Numbered from the whole stretch's first letter, positions 11,550 through 24,243 are shown. The stretch is DNA of 63,852 nt, filler included, from Octopus bimaculoides (GCF_001194135.2; 5 parts of 5 records of this genome joined end to end with filler, not necessarily neighbours in it); one strand, 5' to 3'. The notes: a model not told the origin generated them from the sequence alone. A program made the numbers and translations.

Positions 11550-11614
11550 TATAATGGGTTGCTTGTCGGAGATGAGAATTCTCACGGCGCCTACCTGACA
11601 ACCAACCCATTGTA
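11550..11614. other. Isolated about 65-nt hairpin with inner palindrome TGAGAATTCTCA
   Basis: tataatgggttgcttgtcgg (11550-11569) pairs with ctgacaaccaacccattgta (11595-11614). Confidence 0.75.
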
Positions 11615-11619
11615 ACGAA

Positions 11620-11678
<59 letters not shown>

Positions 11679-12719
11679 NNNNNNNNNNNNNNNNNNNNNN
11701 NNNNNNNNNNNNNNNNNNNNNNNNNNNNNNNNNNNNNNNNNNNNNNNNNNNNNNNNNNNNNNNNNNNNNNNNNNNNNNNNNNNNNNNNNNNNNNNNNNNN
11801 NNNNNNNNNNNNNNNNNNNNNNNNNNNNNNNNNNNNNNNNNNNNNNNNNNNNNNNNNNNNNNNNNNNNNNNNNNNNNNNNNNNNNNNNNNNNNNNNNNNN
11901 NNNNNNNNNNNNNNNNNNNNNNNNNNNNNNNNNNNNNNNNNNNNNNNNNNNNNNNNNNNNNNNNNNNNNNNNNNNNNNNNNNNNNNNNNNNNNNNNNNNN
12001 NNNNNNNNNNNNGATGAGATGGACCGGAACCCTCGTCGTCCCAGCCGACGGAGTGCCGGTTTGTGTGCACGTCCGTGTGTGTGTGCGTGTGTGAGCGTGT
12101 GTGTTTGTGTGTGTGTGCGCGCGCGTCTGTGTGTGTGTGTGTGTGTGTGTGTGTAAGTGTGTATATGTCTCTGTGTATATTATGAAGGCATGTGGAGAAG
12201 TGGATCGGGTGCTAATCTCATGATTTTCAATTCAAGCGTTCGATTCTCTGGTTACATAGGCACCTTAAACAGTTACAGAAATCATACTCACTCGCAAGTG
12301 ACTTTTGAATAACTACAGACAGAAATACCAACTTTTGCTTCTGACACAAATAAGATTTTGTTGTTAAAATTTATGTACAATAAATCGCTTATTCTTCTAC
12401 AAAATATTTTAATTTCTTTTTTACAATTATTAATAATATCTAATTATAAAATCATAGTAGGATTTTTTTAAATCACTGAACGGCTATGAGGGTCCACCGG
12501 AGGGAAATAGGAATCAAATGAGTCCATGAATATAAAATGGTTGAGAAATACTGGTGTAGGTCAATGCGCCAAAGTCTAATCAGCCCAGTCGCAGAATATT
12601 CGAATCAATCGTCAGGCAATATGAGCAGATCTGTAGAACGGACTGATAGATGAAAATGTTGCAGGTGGTGCTGAATGGACTGGAAGACGATGACATTTGC
12701 CCAAAGACATATACAAAAA

Positions 12720-12920
12720 ATCCTGGGTATTTTGTAAAAGCACAACCAAGACGTGAAGGGTTTTACAAAGAAATTTGGGAAACCAGCATTACCTGTAACA
12801 TTTACTTGTAAACCAAACTGACGAAATTCTAAGAGAAGTTAATGCAAATGAAACAGCCGTAGTTTCTTTTGATGTAACTGGATCAGTTTTTAAACTGAAA
12901 CGGTATCAACTTCAACAATA
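12720..12920 (+). mobile_element. Possible degenerate MULE/NOF-FB-like transposase fragment
   Basis: Frameshifted GFYKEI...NQTDEILREVNANETAVVSFDVTGSVFK resembles, from memory, the FDATGSV motif; weak. Confidence 0.3.
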
Positions 12921-12947
12921 ATTCATGATGGTTGATTATGTGCATTT

Positions 12948-13078
12948 GGTCTTTCTTGAACAGTTGTCTTTAACCATTTCCTACCTATTGGTCTTTCTTG
13001 ACCAGTGGTTTTTGACCATTTCTTACCTATTGCTCTTTCTTGACCAGTGGCTTTTAACCATTTGGTACCTATTGGTCT
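12948..13078. repeat. 42-bp tandem repeat, 3 copies plus partial
   Basis: ggtctttcttgaccagtggtttttaaccatttcctacctatt units start at 12948, 12990, 13032, 13074. Confidence 0.92.
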
Positions 13079-13173
13079 GTAAGGACCGTGCGATCAGGAA
13101 AGGTGACGAAGAACGGCTCCATTAGTACATCGCACGGTCGATACAAATGAAAATATGAAAAGAGGATAAATGC

Positions 13174-13984
13174 TGTATAAGTGCCAGAAGGAAACGAGAG
13201 ACACAACCGGTAGAAGGCTTAAGAGAAGATTTTATTTATATGTTAACATGTGTGTGCATCATATATACATAATAATAGACAGGTCGTCATGTATACAAAG
13301 TGTGTGTGTACAAACATGGATGTATGCGTGTGCGATAAGTACAGAACATAGAAAAGAGTCTATAATAGGACATTAGAAGAAAGTCCAGACACTAGGATGA
13401 TAAATACCAGTTCGTAGTCAAGGTACACAGTAGTTGAGGTGCTATATCAAGAAGTTGAGGCGGCAATGCAGAGCCGGAAAGAGGCACATATCGCGTAAGA
13501 AGTCGTGGCTTCAATGCTGCTGCCGGTTACTTGGTACAGGAGTTCTCGCAGGTTGTATTTGCTGTTAACCATGGCGAAGCAATTCACAAGCAGTGTGGAG
13601 ATAGAACCTGTGCAAGCGTTGCTGGTGGTGTGTACGTAGAGAAGTTGGTGTTGATGCTAAGAAGCTGGAGGTGACGAAGATAGAGGCTGCCGTAAGCTTT
13701 TGAACGAAGTGTTGCTGGTCTCCATGTGGCTGCTGTTGTGTCGTCGCTAGAACTGGCTGTGTGCTCTGTGGCCAGCGGCTAGACCTCAGGTCTGGAGCCG
13801 AACTGACAAACTGGCGGTGAGAGGCTAGCTTTTATAACATTCTGTCGGCGCAGACTGGGGTTTAGAAAAGACTGTCTCACGCGACCTTATCTGAAGGCTG
13901 CGATTGGTTGGGTTGCATCTTGGCGCGCAATAGAACAGGAGACAAAATGTGCCAATACCAACTAATCAGAGTGGTGGACACAAC
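13174..13984 (-). mobile_element. Putative solo LTR
   Basis: GC-richer than flanks; TG...CA ends (tgttgtg...ttataca on minus), TATAAAAG followed by tcagtt, AATAAA near the 3' end; no TSD found. Confidence 0.4.
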
Positions 13985-14058
13985 AGGGTCCAAAGGTGCG
14001 GCCGAAGACCAGCTGTTATCCACTACGTCCGTATTAATGTATATATAAAACAGAGAGA

Positions 14059-14095
<37 letters not shown>

Positions 14096-15034
14096 ATCCC
14101 TTAAGGCATAGTATAGAATATGGTCTGTGATTCCATTCCGCAGCACGTTGATCAAATGTCATNNNNNNNNNNNNNNNNNNNNNNNNNNNNNNNNNNNNNN
14201 NNNNNNNNNNNNNNNNNNNNNNNNNNNNNNNNNNNNNNNNNNNNNNNNNNNNNNNNNNNNNNNNNNNNNNNNNNNNNNNNNNNNNNNNNNNNNNNNNNNN
14301 NNNNNNNNNNNNNNNNNNNNNNNNNNNNNNNNNNNNNNNNNNNNNNNNNNNNNNNNNNNNNNNNNNNNNNNNNNNNNNNNNNNNNNNNNNNNNNNNNNNN
14401 NNNNNNNNNNNNNNNNNNNNNNNNNNNNNNNNNNNNNNNNNNNNNNNNNNNNNNNNNNNNNNNNNNNNNNNNNNNNNNNNNNNNNNNNNNNNNNNNNNNN
14501 NNNNNNNNNNNNNNNNNNNNNNNNNNNNNNNNNNNNNNNNNNNNNNNNNNNNNNNNNNNNNNNNNNNNNNNNNNNNNNNNNNNNNNNNNNNNNNNNNNNN
14601 NNNNNNNNNNNNNNNNNNNNNNNNNNNNNNNNNNNNNNNNNNNNNNNNNNNNNNNNNNNNNNNNNNNNNNNNNNNNNNNNNNNNNNNNNNNNNNNNNNNN
14701 NNNNNNNNNNNNNNNNNNNNNNNNNNNNNNNNNNNNNNNNNNNNNNNNNNNNNNNNNNNNNNNNNNNNNNNNNNNNNNNNNNNNNNNNNNNNNNNNNNNN
14801 NNNNNNNNNNNNNNNNNNNNNNNNNNNNNNNNNNNNNNNNNNNNNNNNNNNNNNNNNNNNNNNNNNNNNNNNNNNNNNNNNNNNNNNNNNNNNNNNNNNN
14901 NNNNNNNNNNNNNNNNNNNNNNNNNNNNNNNNNNNNNNNNNNNNNNNNNNNNNNNNNNNNNNNNNNNNNNNNNNNNNNNNNNNNNNNNNNNNNNNNNNNN
15001 NNNNNNNNNNNNNNNNNNNNNNNNNNNNNNNNNN

Positions 15035-15067
<33 letters not shown>

Positions 15068-15879
15068 TTAACAGAGATTGAAATTAACTGAAGAGTGAAA
15101 AGTACGACAGGTTAGTGGAAGAGCAGCGATTGATGGCGGTGTCTGGAGTTATATTAGCATATATGAATACGTAACTTTGACTGACTGCATGTGTAGATGC
15201 TCCGAAATGAACGCTGTCTCTCACTCTAAATAGCAGATTGATTGAAATTAAATAAGAAATAAATGATTCTATAAATAAATAAATAAACAAGTAAATAAAT
15301 AAATAAATAAACAAACAAATAAAGCTTTCTTACTCGGGAATTTCGTATCACCTTATCGTCTTACATAATAAAATTCTCCCTTTCACGTTCCTCCTTCTCT
15401 TCCTTCTACCTTTTCATCCCTCCATCCACCCCACCCCTTATCAATGTAACCCCCTCCTAATTTTCTCCTTAGCTCTTTCTCTCTTTCTCTCTTATTCACT
15501 CTTATTCACCCCTCAGCCTCTCTCTTATACTCTCTGTCTCTCCCTCTCCCAATTTTTCTACTTTCACTTTTTTCAATTGTATTGTCTCATTGAGGAATAT
15601 CTGTTCTTAACAATAGGATGGCATGGAGAAATCAGACTTCCCTTCCTCTGAATGTGTGTGTGTGTGTGTGTGTGTGTCTTCACAGGTAAAACTTCGCATC
15701 TGATGGACATTGTTCATTTTTTTTCTTAAATTACACTCGTACATCACACTTCAACAACGAATACAAATACAGTATAAGAGCCATCATTATTGTTGATTAT
15801 GTTATAGCTTTTTAGTGAATATTATACGTGTGCGTCAATAGATCTTGTATAAAAGGATCAACAGAAGTCACCAACATCT

Positions 15880-16043
15880 GGGCGCATGCGTGGCTGTGTG
15901 GTAAGAAGCTTGCTTCCCAGCCACATGGTTCCGGGTTCAGTCCGACTGCGTGGCAGCTTGGGCAAGTGTCTTTTACTATATCCTCGGGCCAACCAAAGCC
16001 TTATGAGCGGATTTGGTAGACGGAAACAGAAAGAAGCCCGTCG

Positions 16044-16076
<33 letters not shown>

Positions 16077-16282
16077 TTGTGTGTTTGTCCCCCTCCCCTA
16101 TCACCGCTTGACAGCCGGGGATGGTGTTTTTACGTCCACCTAACCCAACGGTTCGGCAAAAGACACCGATAGAATAAGTATCACGTTTTAAAAAATAAGT
16201 ACTGGGATCGATACAATTCTTCAAGGCGGTGCTCCAGCATGGCCGCAGTCTAATGGCCGAAACAAGTAAAAGATAAAAGAAT
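15880..16282 (+). mobile_element. SINE family A, full length
   Basis: Head, CORE-like block, internal (TA)n(TG)n, tail aaacaagtaaaagataaaaga. Confidence 0.92.
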
Positions 16283-16479
16283 AGTGGACGACACATTGTA
16301 ATCAGATAGACCAATATGGAAGCCATATTGGTCTGTTTGGTACTAAACCTGTAGAACCCTTAAAGACCCTTTAAATCGCAAGCCATGATGTCTGTAAACG
16401 CGGCTCAAGATTCTAACAAGATTCAAAAAGTGTTTAGGAATGTGATTGGTTCTGTGAACTGCATCAATGTATGTATCTA

Positions 16480-16968
16480 TGTTTGGTAAGAAGCTTCCTT
16501 CCTAACTAACTGGTTCCAAGTTCAGTCCCACTGCGTGGACTTTGGACAAGTGTCTTCTACTATAGCCTCAGGCCAACCAAAGACTTGTGAGTGGACTTGG
16601 TGGTAAACGGAAACTGAAAGAAGCCCGTTGTTTATGTGTGTATGTGTTTGTGTATGTGTGTGCCTATGTGTGTACATGTGTGTACATGTGTGTGTCTTTG
16701 TGTATGTGTATGCGCGCGCGCGCGTATGAGTATGTGTGTGGATCTGTGTGTGTGTCTTTGTGTCTGTGTTTTCCCCCACCCCACCACTTAACAACCGGTC
16801 TTGGTGTGTTTACATCCCCGTAACCTAGCGGTTCGGCAAAAGCGATCCGACAGAACAAGTAACAGGCTTAACAAAACAATAAGCACCGCGGTTGATTCAT
16901 TTGACTAAAAATTCCTCAAGTCGGTACTCCAGCACGGCCGCAGTCTAATGACTGAAACAAGTAAAAGA
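16480..16968 (+). mobile_element. SINE family A, diverged, with expanded internal (TG)n
   Basis: Same order of blocks as 15880-16282. Confidence 0.88.
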
Positions 16969-17548
16969 CAGAAGCTACCCGTCACATACTGGGACAAATA
17001 GTTCTTGTTTGCCTCTACAATACGACAGAGTATGGCTCGATGGAAGCGAATGCCCCAGTTCCATAAAATAGCAGGTCGTTAACCGTTTTAATGTCGAAGT
17101 CTCCCTCTATTGAATACAAAAAATTGGGCAGACAGCTATGAAAATATAGGATGGTGATGTATTGTTTAATAATTACATTCATCAGCAAATATCTATGTTC
17201 AGCAGAGCAAAATCTGAGAGAGTGGAACTTTAAACACATGCCAAGCATGCAACAGAGACAGGTGAATCTCAAGTTGTGGATGACACATGCTTTATTACTA
17301 GTTTTGCACCAGTAACATAGTGGGCCACGCCTACAATAGAAGCTGCCAACATATCACGCTATAGCCACCAACCAGTTTTGTTCATTGACAGCAAGCACCA
17401 CGCCCAAACACAAATAATACAATATGTCTTCTCATGACACATCATAACCACTTTCCTTTGAAACTGACATGTGTCACGCCCACAATACCCACACATGCAC
17501 ATACAAACCAAAACCTGCAGTTCAGTACATACATGCATCCACACACCG

Positions 17549-17603
<55 letters not shown>

Positions 17604-17846
17604 TACATATATAAATATATAGGTACATAGAAAATAGCCATACACCTACACACATGCGATAATTCTCTCTCTCTCTCCCTCTTTCTCTGTCTCTCTTTCC
17701 CTCTTTCTCTCTCTCTCTCTTTCTGTCAGTCTCTCTCGCTCTCTCGCTCTCTCGCTCTCGCTCTTTTTCTGTCTGTCTGTCTGTCTCTCTCTCTTTCTAT
17801 CTGTCTGTCTATGTATATATGTGAATCTATCTACCTATCTATCTAC

Positions 17847-17913
<67 letters not shown>

Positions 17914-18753
17914 CATCTATTTATCTATCTACCTATAATATATGTGTGTGTGTGTGGATGTATGTATATGTATATATACATATACACGCACACATAATGC
18001 ATGTATACGTGCGTGTGTGTGCGTGCGTGCGAGCGTGCGTGCGTGCATGTGTGTGTGTGTACGTGCGTGTGTGCGTAATTCTCAAGTAAGAAGCTGGCAT
18101 AACGATGATATATGCCAGAAGTGGTTTGGTGATGCCTACGTGACCAAGACAATAGTTGATTCATCATTTATGTCCAGGCTCCATTGATTGCGATTGTGTC
18201 CAAGTTACAAATGTTTTCATTGAAGGAATTCATTAGCTCAGAGTCACTACATCTCTAATTCGTGCTTGTGGAATGGTTATCGTATTTTGCTTTTGGCATT
18301 CATAGAAAACTATGCAGCGCCGAGATGAATGAATGGATTATAAGAATTCAGCGGGTCGCTAGTTGGAAATAACACGTGAGTCACCACTTCTCCGGGAGAA
18401 ATGTCACATCAGAATGCTAATGTATGGTTAGCCATACGTGTTTGTTTGAAAGCAGCTTCCTAGTGGTTAGTGCTTTCAGCTGTTGATGGTTGTGCGTTTG
18501 GGCATAAGTGTGTGCGCATGCGTGAGTGTCCATGTAAGTGGGTGTACGTTAGCGCGTGTGTTTGTAATTGCGAAAAATATATTATTGATAAACCGATAAA
18601 CCTTTGTGTGTGTGTGTGTGTGTATATCCTTTTTATGCAGATATGTAGATATGTTTACTAATTTTATATACACATAGAGATGACAACATGTCAAATTGCC
18701 AAAGGTCATCTGTGACGTACATGATGTGCACCTCCCACTAACACGCACGCATG

Positions 18754-18792
<39 letters not shown>

Positions 18793-18845
18793 ACACACAC
18801 ACACACATACACACACACACATGCACAAAAGCCTTTTATCTTTTA

Positions 18846-18943
18846 AGGGTCGATAAAATAAGTACCAGTTGAGTACTGGGTCGATGTAATCGACTTACCC
18901 CCTTCTCCGAAATTGCTGGCATTGTGCCAAAATTTGAAACCAA
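18846..18943 (+). mobile_element. SINE family B, 3' half
   Basis: gggtcgataaaataagtaccagttgagtactgggtcgatgtaatcgactt...gtgccaaaatttgaaacc. Confidence 0.85.
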
Positions 18944-19224
18944 TGTCAGCCATTCCAAGTAATATGCAAAAATGTATAGCAATTCGTTTGTTTTAGTCCA
19001 AATAGTAGTTTTCTTTGATCAGGTACAATTGTTTTAAGTATAGGAGTAATGATGAGATGTTGCGGTATTTATTATTTGCTGATGTTCTCGGCAGTTGAGA
19101 ATAACTTGGTAGAAGCATTTGCCATTTCTTTGCCTCACGCCGTGTAGTTGTGAGCTGGCACAGACACTCTTTTTAACCCAATGGAACATTCAAAGGCAGC
19201 TAAAGGTAGAAAGGGACACACCCA

Positions 19225-19432
19225 ATACGTTGACCGGTACCTTACTTCTGTCAACCCCGACACGAAGAACTCAAAGATAGGATTTGAACATAGAACGTAA
19301 AAAAGCAGAATAAATACCACAAAGCATTCTATCAGAAGCCCTTCTAAGTTCGCCAGTCCAGCACCGTAAACTGGTACTTTATTCTATTGACCCCGGAAAG
19401 ATGAAAAATGAAGATGACATCGGCAAGATTTG
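19225..19432 (-). mobile_element. Two diverged SINE family B fragments
   Basis: ggtacctt..tcaacccc..gatttgaac; aactggtactttattctattgaccccggaaagatgaaaa. Confidence 0.65.
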
Positions 19433-20236
19433 ATCACCTTCATCTGGTGAACCTAGTTAAGACAGACCTGACAAACTCTCCCCCAATGCTCATGATCCCG
19501 CAATTATAATACCAGCATTTTGCAGCTCTTACTCAAAATTTCTAGCATTGGTACATAAAATTTTCGATTTTTCCCATCCGCTAACCGAGGTTCTCAAAAG
19601 ACAAATGAGGATGTTAGTTCCTTTTTACTCTGAAGCAATGATTCAGCAAGTTGTTCCCTACATTGCCTTATCATTTGTGAGATGAATGGTAAAAATGTTT
19701 AAATACTGTTTTAGTTTTGGATGTATTTTCCACGAAATATTTTGTTCCATGAGCAGAAGTCAAGTGTAACAGCAGTCATTTAATCGTTTGTGTAGCTTTA
19801 TGGGAAGCGTCTAAAAGATATTAATTATTTTAAAAAATCTGTCTTAAGCCATATACCCAAACATTGGCTAGTTGTTGCAAGCTGACAATACCTTCTAAGT
19901 GAGAAAATCCTTTTCTGAACTCATGAATCTAGGACTCTTCCATAAAGCTTAGAATAATTTCTGTCTAGGCTCTGATTTGTGATTGTGTCTTCTTTCATCG
20001 TCATTTTGACAGAGCCCAATGCAGTTTGCTGCTGTCTCATGGGGATTAGTAGAGCTTGTGTATCATGTAAAAGGTTAACAAGTAATATGAGATTATCTGC
20101 AAAATCTGTATGGATTTCATGGGTCATTCCCTTAGAGGAACGAGAAAACTTCTATTATTTAACACATTCACTGGTATTCAAAGTATAGAATCAAGAACAA
20201 TTATAGAAAGGTCGAACACTGTCTACGTGTCTGTGC

Positions 20237-20280
<44 letters not shown>

Positions 20281-20600
20281 GGCTGGGAGAGGGAGTGAGG
20301 GAGAAGGCTGACTGAAAGGAGGGTGTGTGCGTGTGTGTATCTCAGTTTGTGCTATGTGTTGTGCACAGGAGTTGTTTGTGTATGTGTATATTCGTTTCTA
20401 TGGGTGTGTGTGTGTGTGTTTGTATGTGTGCGTGTGTGTTTGTATGTGTGTGTGTGTGTTTGTTTTTAAATGTGTGCGTGTTTGTGTGTGTGTGTGTTTG
20501 TATGTGTGTGTATTTGTATGTGTGTGTTTGTATGTGTGTGTGTGTGTGTAGAGGCGAAAGTTCCTTTGTCAATCCAATCCCTGTCCAAAACTTTTGCGTA

Positions 20601-20674
20601 AAGGCGGCGAGCTGGCAGAATCGTTAGCACGCTGGACGAAATGCTTAGCGGTATTGCGTCTGTCTTTACGTTCT
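20601..20674 (+). mobile_element. SINE family B head, cut by gap
   Basis: aaggcggcgagctggcagaatcgttagcacgctggacgaaatgcttagcggtatt. Confidence 0.9.
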
Positions 20675-21653
20675 NNNNNNNNNNNNNNNNNNNNNNNNNN
20701 NNNNNNNNNNNNNNNNNNNNNNNNNNNNNNNNNNNNNNNNNNNNNNNNNNNNNNNNNNNNNNNNNNNNNNNNNNNNNNNNNNNNNNNNNNNNNNNNNNNN
20801 NNNNNNNNNNNNNNNNNNNNNNNNNNNNNNNNNNNNNNNNNNNNNNNNNNNNNNNNNNNNNNNNNNNNNNNNNNNNNNNNNNNNNNNNNNNNNNNNNNNN
20901 NNNNNNNNNNNNNNNNNNNNNNNNNNNNNNNNNNNNNNNNNNNNNNNNNNNNNNNNNNNNNNNNNNNNNNNNNNNNNNNNNNNNNNNNNNNNNNNNNNNN
21001 NNNNNNNNNNNNNNNNNNNNNNNNNNNNNNNNNNNNNNNNNNNNNNNNNNNNNNNNNNNNNNNNNNNNNNNNNNNNNNNNNNNNNNNNNNNNNNNNNNNN
21101 NNNNNNNNNNNNNNNNNNNNNNNNNNNNNNNNNNNNNNNNNNNNNNNNNNNNNNNNNNNNNNNNNNNNNNNNNNNNNNNNNNNNNNNNNNNNNNNNNNNN
21201 NNNNNNNNNNNNNNNNNNNNNNNNNNNNNNNNNNNNNNNNNNNNNNNNNNNNNNNNNNNNNNNNNNNNNNNNNNNNNNNNNNNNNNNNNNNNNNNNNNNN
21301 NNNNNNNNNNNNNNNNNNNNNNNNNNNNNNNNNNNNNNNNNNNNNNNNNNNNNNNNNNNNNNNNNNNNNNNNNNNNNNNNNNNNNNNNNNNNNNNNNNNN
21401 NNNNNNNNNNNNNNNNNNNNNNNNNNNNNNNNNNNNNNNNNNNNNNNNNNNNNNNNNNNNNNNNNTTTATCTGTAATTGTATGTGTGTATATTTGTATAT
21501 AAATATTCATTGAGGCATGATTTCATATTAACACATTCATACGGTCTCGTATATAACAACGTCTTACCCCTTACAGATATGTGTGCATGTGCGAGTGTGC
21601 GTATATCTGTGTGCATAAATGTATGCATATGCGTGTCTATGTATGTAGGTGTC

Positions 21654-21685
<32 letters not shown>

Positions 21686-22234
21686 CATGCGCGCTTGACT
21701 ATCTCCTTATGTGCTGGTGCATGTGTCTGTCCACATGCCTTCTAGACTGCCCGTCAATGAATACCCACGTGTCTGCCAGACTGTCTTTTATTTGGGAGTC
21801 TGTGTCTCCATATAGTTATAGATATATCTGTCTGTTTATCTGTCTGGGAGAATAAAATACATTCAATTAGTCATCCGTCTGCAATTGAGAGGCTAACGTC
21901 CGCTGTAGTTAGATGTGTGATTGTATGGCCGATAATGGCGTCTTTTCTTGCACGACAGCTGCGACACCAGTCGAATATGCTAGCATGCATGCAGGCTCAG
22001 TGATAAGCTGGCTGTTGACATAGGTGTTGTTGGAGTTTCTACTTCTAGCGCCAAGGCGTCGGCACAAAGACGAAATGGTCAGTACCGATCATCCGTCTGG
22101 GTAGCAGGCAGCCTCATTAGCAAGCAGTCACGGACGGTGCGAGAGCTTGGCACGAGAGTGTCAGTCAGCACGGCTTAACAATGGACCACAGCAGCGTATT
22201 ATTAAATATTGCTATTTGATGAAAACTTACAGTT

Positions 22235-23020
22235 TATTTTGCTGGCTATGATGGAAAGTGTCAGCTGTCCACAACCAGCAGACTAAAGTTAACACTTGTT
22301 TACTGGTGATACTTCAAGAACCCTGCGAAGAATTCTTGCCGTTCCAAGCAATGATGATTTTTGTAGGTGTTTTACCTTCAAACTTGCACCAATCTTTTTC
22401 AGCCATGTTGGTAGTTGAGTTCTGATACTTCCAACTGCACCAATTACTATTGGCATCACGTCTACTCTCTTCATTGACCGCAACCTTCGTATTTCCCACT
22501 TTAAATCGTCATAGTTGTTTATTTTTTTCTTCTTCTTTCACACTGATCCTGTTATCACCGGGGCATGCTATGTCGATCATCATATATGTTCTTCCTTTTT
22601 TATTCACCACAACAATGTCCAGTTTCCGATGTCTGGTCAGGTGATCGCACTGGATCATTGCATTCCACAGGATTTTGCAATTCTCATTTTCGGTGACTCC
22701 TTCTTTTGCTCTTTGTAGGCCGTGATTTCCACAGAGCTCCCAAAGGATCATTCTTGCCACATTGTCATGGCGTCGTTTGTATTCGAGCTGTGCCAATTTA
22801 GGGCATTCACTATCGATGTGCCATACCCCTCTCACCACCCATTCTGCATTTGTCGCTATCGGTAGTGTTGTCTCTTCTGCATTTCATATAGTTGGTCCTT
22901 AATGCTTGTTCCTGAGCTGCGCATATGAGTGCTTCTGTCTCTATCTTCAGGTCACTTCTCTTCATCCACATCCACCGGTCCTGTGTATGTGTTTTGGCGT
23001 TCAAACTGACCGTGCATTTG
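22235..23020 (-). mobile_element. Dong/R4-clade RLE retrotransposon, 5'-truncated 3' end (pseudogenised)
   Basis: MHGQF..LKIETEALICAAQEQALRTN..C..HI.SECPKLAQLEYKRRHDNVA..KILW..LDIVVV..IDIACPGD..PIVIGAVG..LQKSSLLGTARILRRVL: CCHC knuckle plus PD-(D/E)xK endonuclease region. Confidence 0.92.
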
Positions 23021-23200
23021 AGATTACATAAACAGGATTTTACGTAGGATATGGGCAGTTCCCATGAGCACTATCTTTTGAATTTCTGCCATTTTGGGGT
23101 TTCCTGGTATCTGAGCTAGGTAGCAATCAGCCCCTTTTGCTGTCATTCCCAAGGTACCTATGACAACAGGTATTGTTTTAGTCTTCAGGTTCCTCATTTA
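23021..23200 (-). mobile_element. Second, different Dong/R4-type extreme 3' end abutting the first
   Basis: NLKTKTIPVVIGTLGMTAKGADCYLAQIPGNPKMAEIQKIVLMGTAHILRKILFM*, stop at 23024-23026. Confidence 0.85.
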
Positions 23201-24192
23201 ACTCGGTCTAAATGCCCTATCGTTTTTTGTTTGTTGTTCCCTTTTTGTATTTGTTCTTTGTTACGTCTCCCAACGACGGAGGCCCTTGTGGCCAATAAAA
23301 GAGACCTTTATTAATATTATTATAAAAGCGACAAGACGAGTCAGGATAAACGAAGGCGATGATAGATCTACTTTAATAAAGATACATATGCACATAAATA
23401 ACAGTGTGTGTGGGCGGGGCGCATGCGTGTGTGTGTGGTGTTGATTGTCTAGAATGAAAAATGCAATGGAGGAAATTGTTTTCCAAGGTCTGCAGAAAGT
23501 AAACAAATAAACAAATAAGCAGATAGATAAAAATCGAATAAATAACGAAAAGAAACACAAATAAATAAATAAATAAATAAATAAATAAATAGATAAATAA
23601 ATAAAGCAAAACAATGGAAAACGAAAATAAAACAAAATACTCGAGAAAGTTGACGTACAAAACAAACTTTTGGCTATTTTTGTGTGACAATCGCTTAGAG
23701 AGAAATTAAAGAAATACGCGAGGGAAGAGAGCAGAAAGAATAGNNNNNNNNNNNNNNNNNNNNNNNNNNNNNNNNNNNNNNNNNNNNNNNNNNNNNNNNN
23801 NNNNNNNNNNNNNNNNNNNNNNNNNNNNNNNNNNNNNNNNNNNNNNNNNNNNNNNNNNNNNNNNNNNNNNNNNNNNNNNNNNNNNNNNNNNNNNNNNNNN
23901 NNNNNNNNNNNNNNNNNNNNNNNNNNNNNNNNNNNNNNNNNNNNNNNNNNNNNNNNNNNNNNNNNNNNNNNNNNNNNNNNNNNNNNNGAGAAAGAGAGAA
24001 GAAAGCTACTTATTCTGATAAATTAGCAGCGATGCTTGAATTTCCCCTTGTCAAAGAAGATGTTACTGCAGGAAACAAAACCTAAAAGAGCAAAGCGAGA
24101 AACAACACAAAAAAAGAGGAAGGGCACAAACTTTCCAACAGAGAATATAAAAACCACGAAAACAAATATGAAAGTCATATTATCTAACTGCC

Positions 24193-24243
<51 letters not shown>

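Noticed and set aside
12813-12869. CUGACGA...GAAACAGCCGUA hammerhead look-alike
   Set aside because: Helix II is only three A-U pairs and helix I starts with a mismatch; the same bases fit a transposase-like reading frame equally well
12948-13078. Possible CRISPR-like direct repeats
   Set aside because: Units are contiguous with no unique spacers; eukaryotic context
16303-16339. 12-bp perfect mini-hairpin; similar small hairpins at 57460-57503
   Set aside because: Real pairings but too short and context-free to support a function
19500-20190. Protein-like 68-aa minus ORF and surrounding unique sequence
   Set aside because: No recognisable motif or convincing splice sites; possibly very old transposon debris
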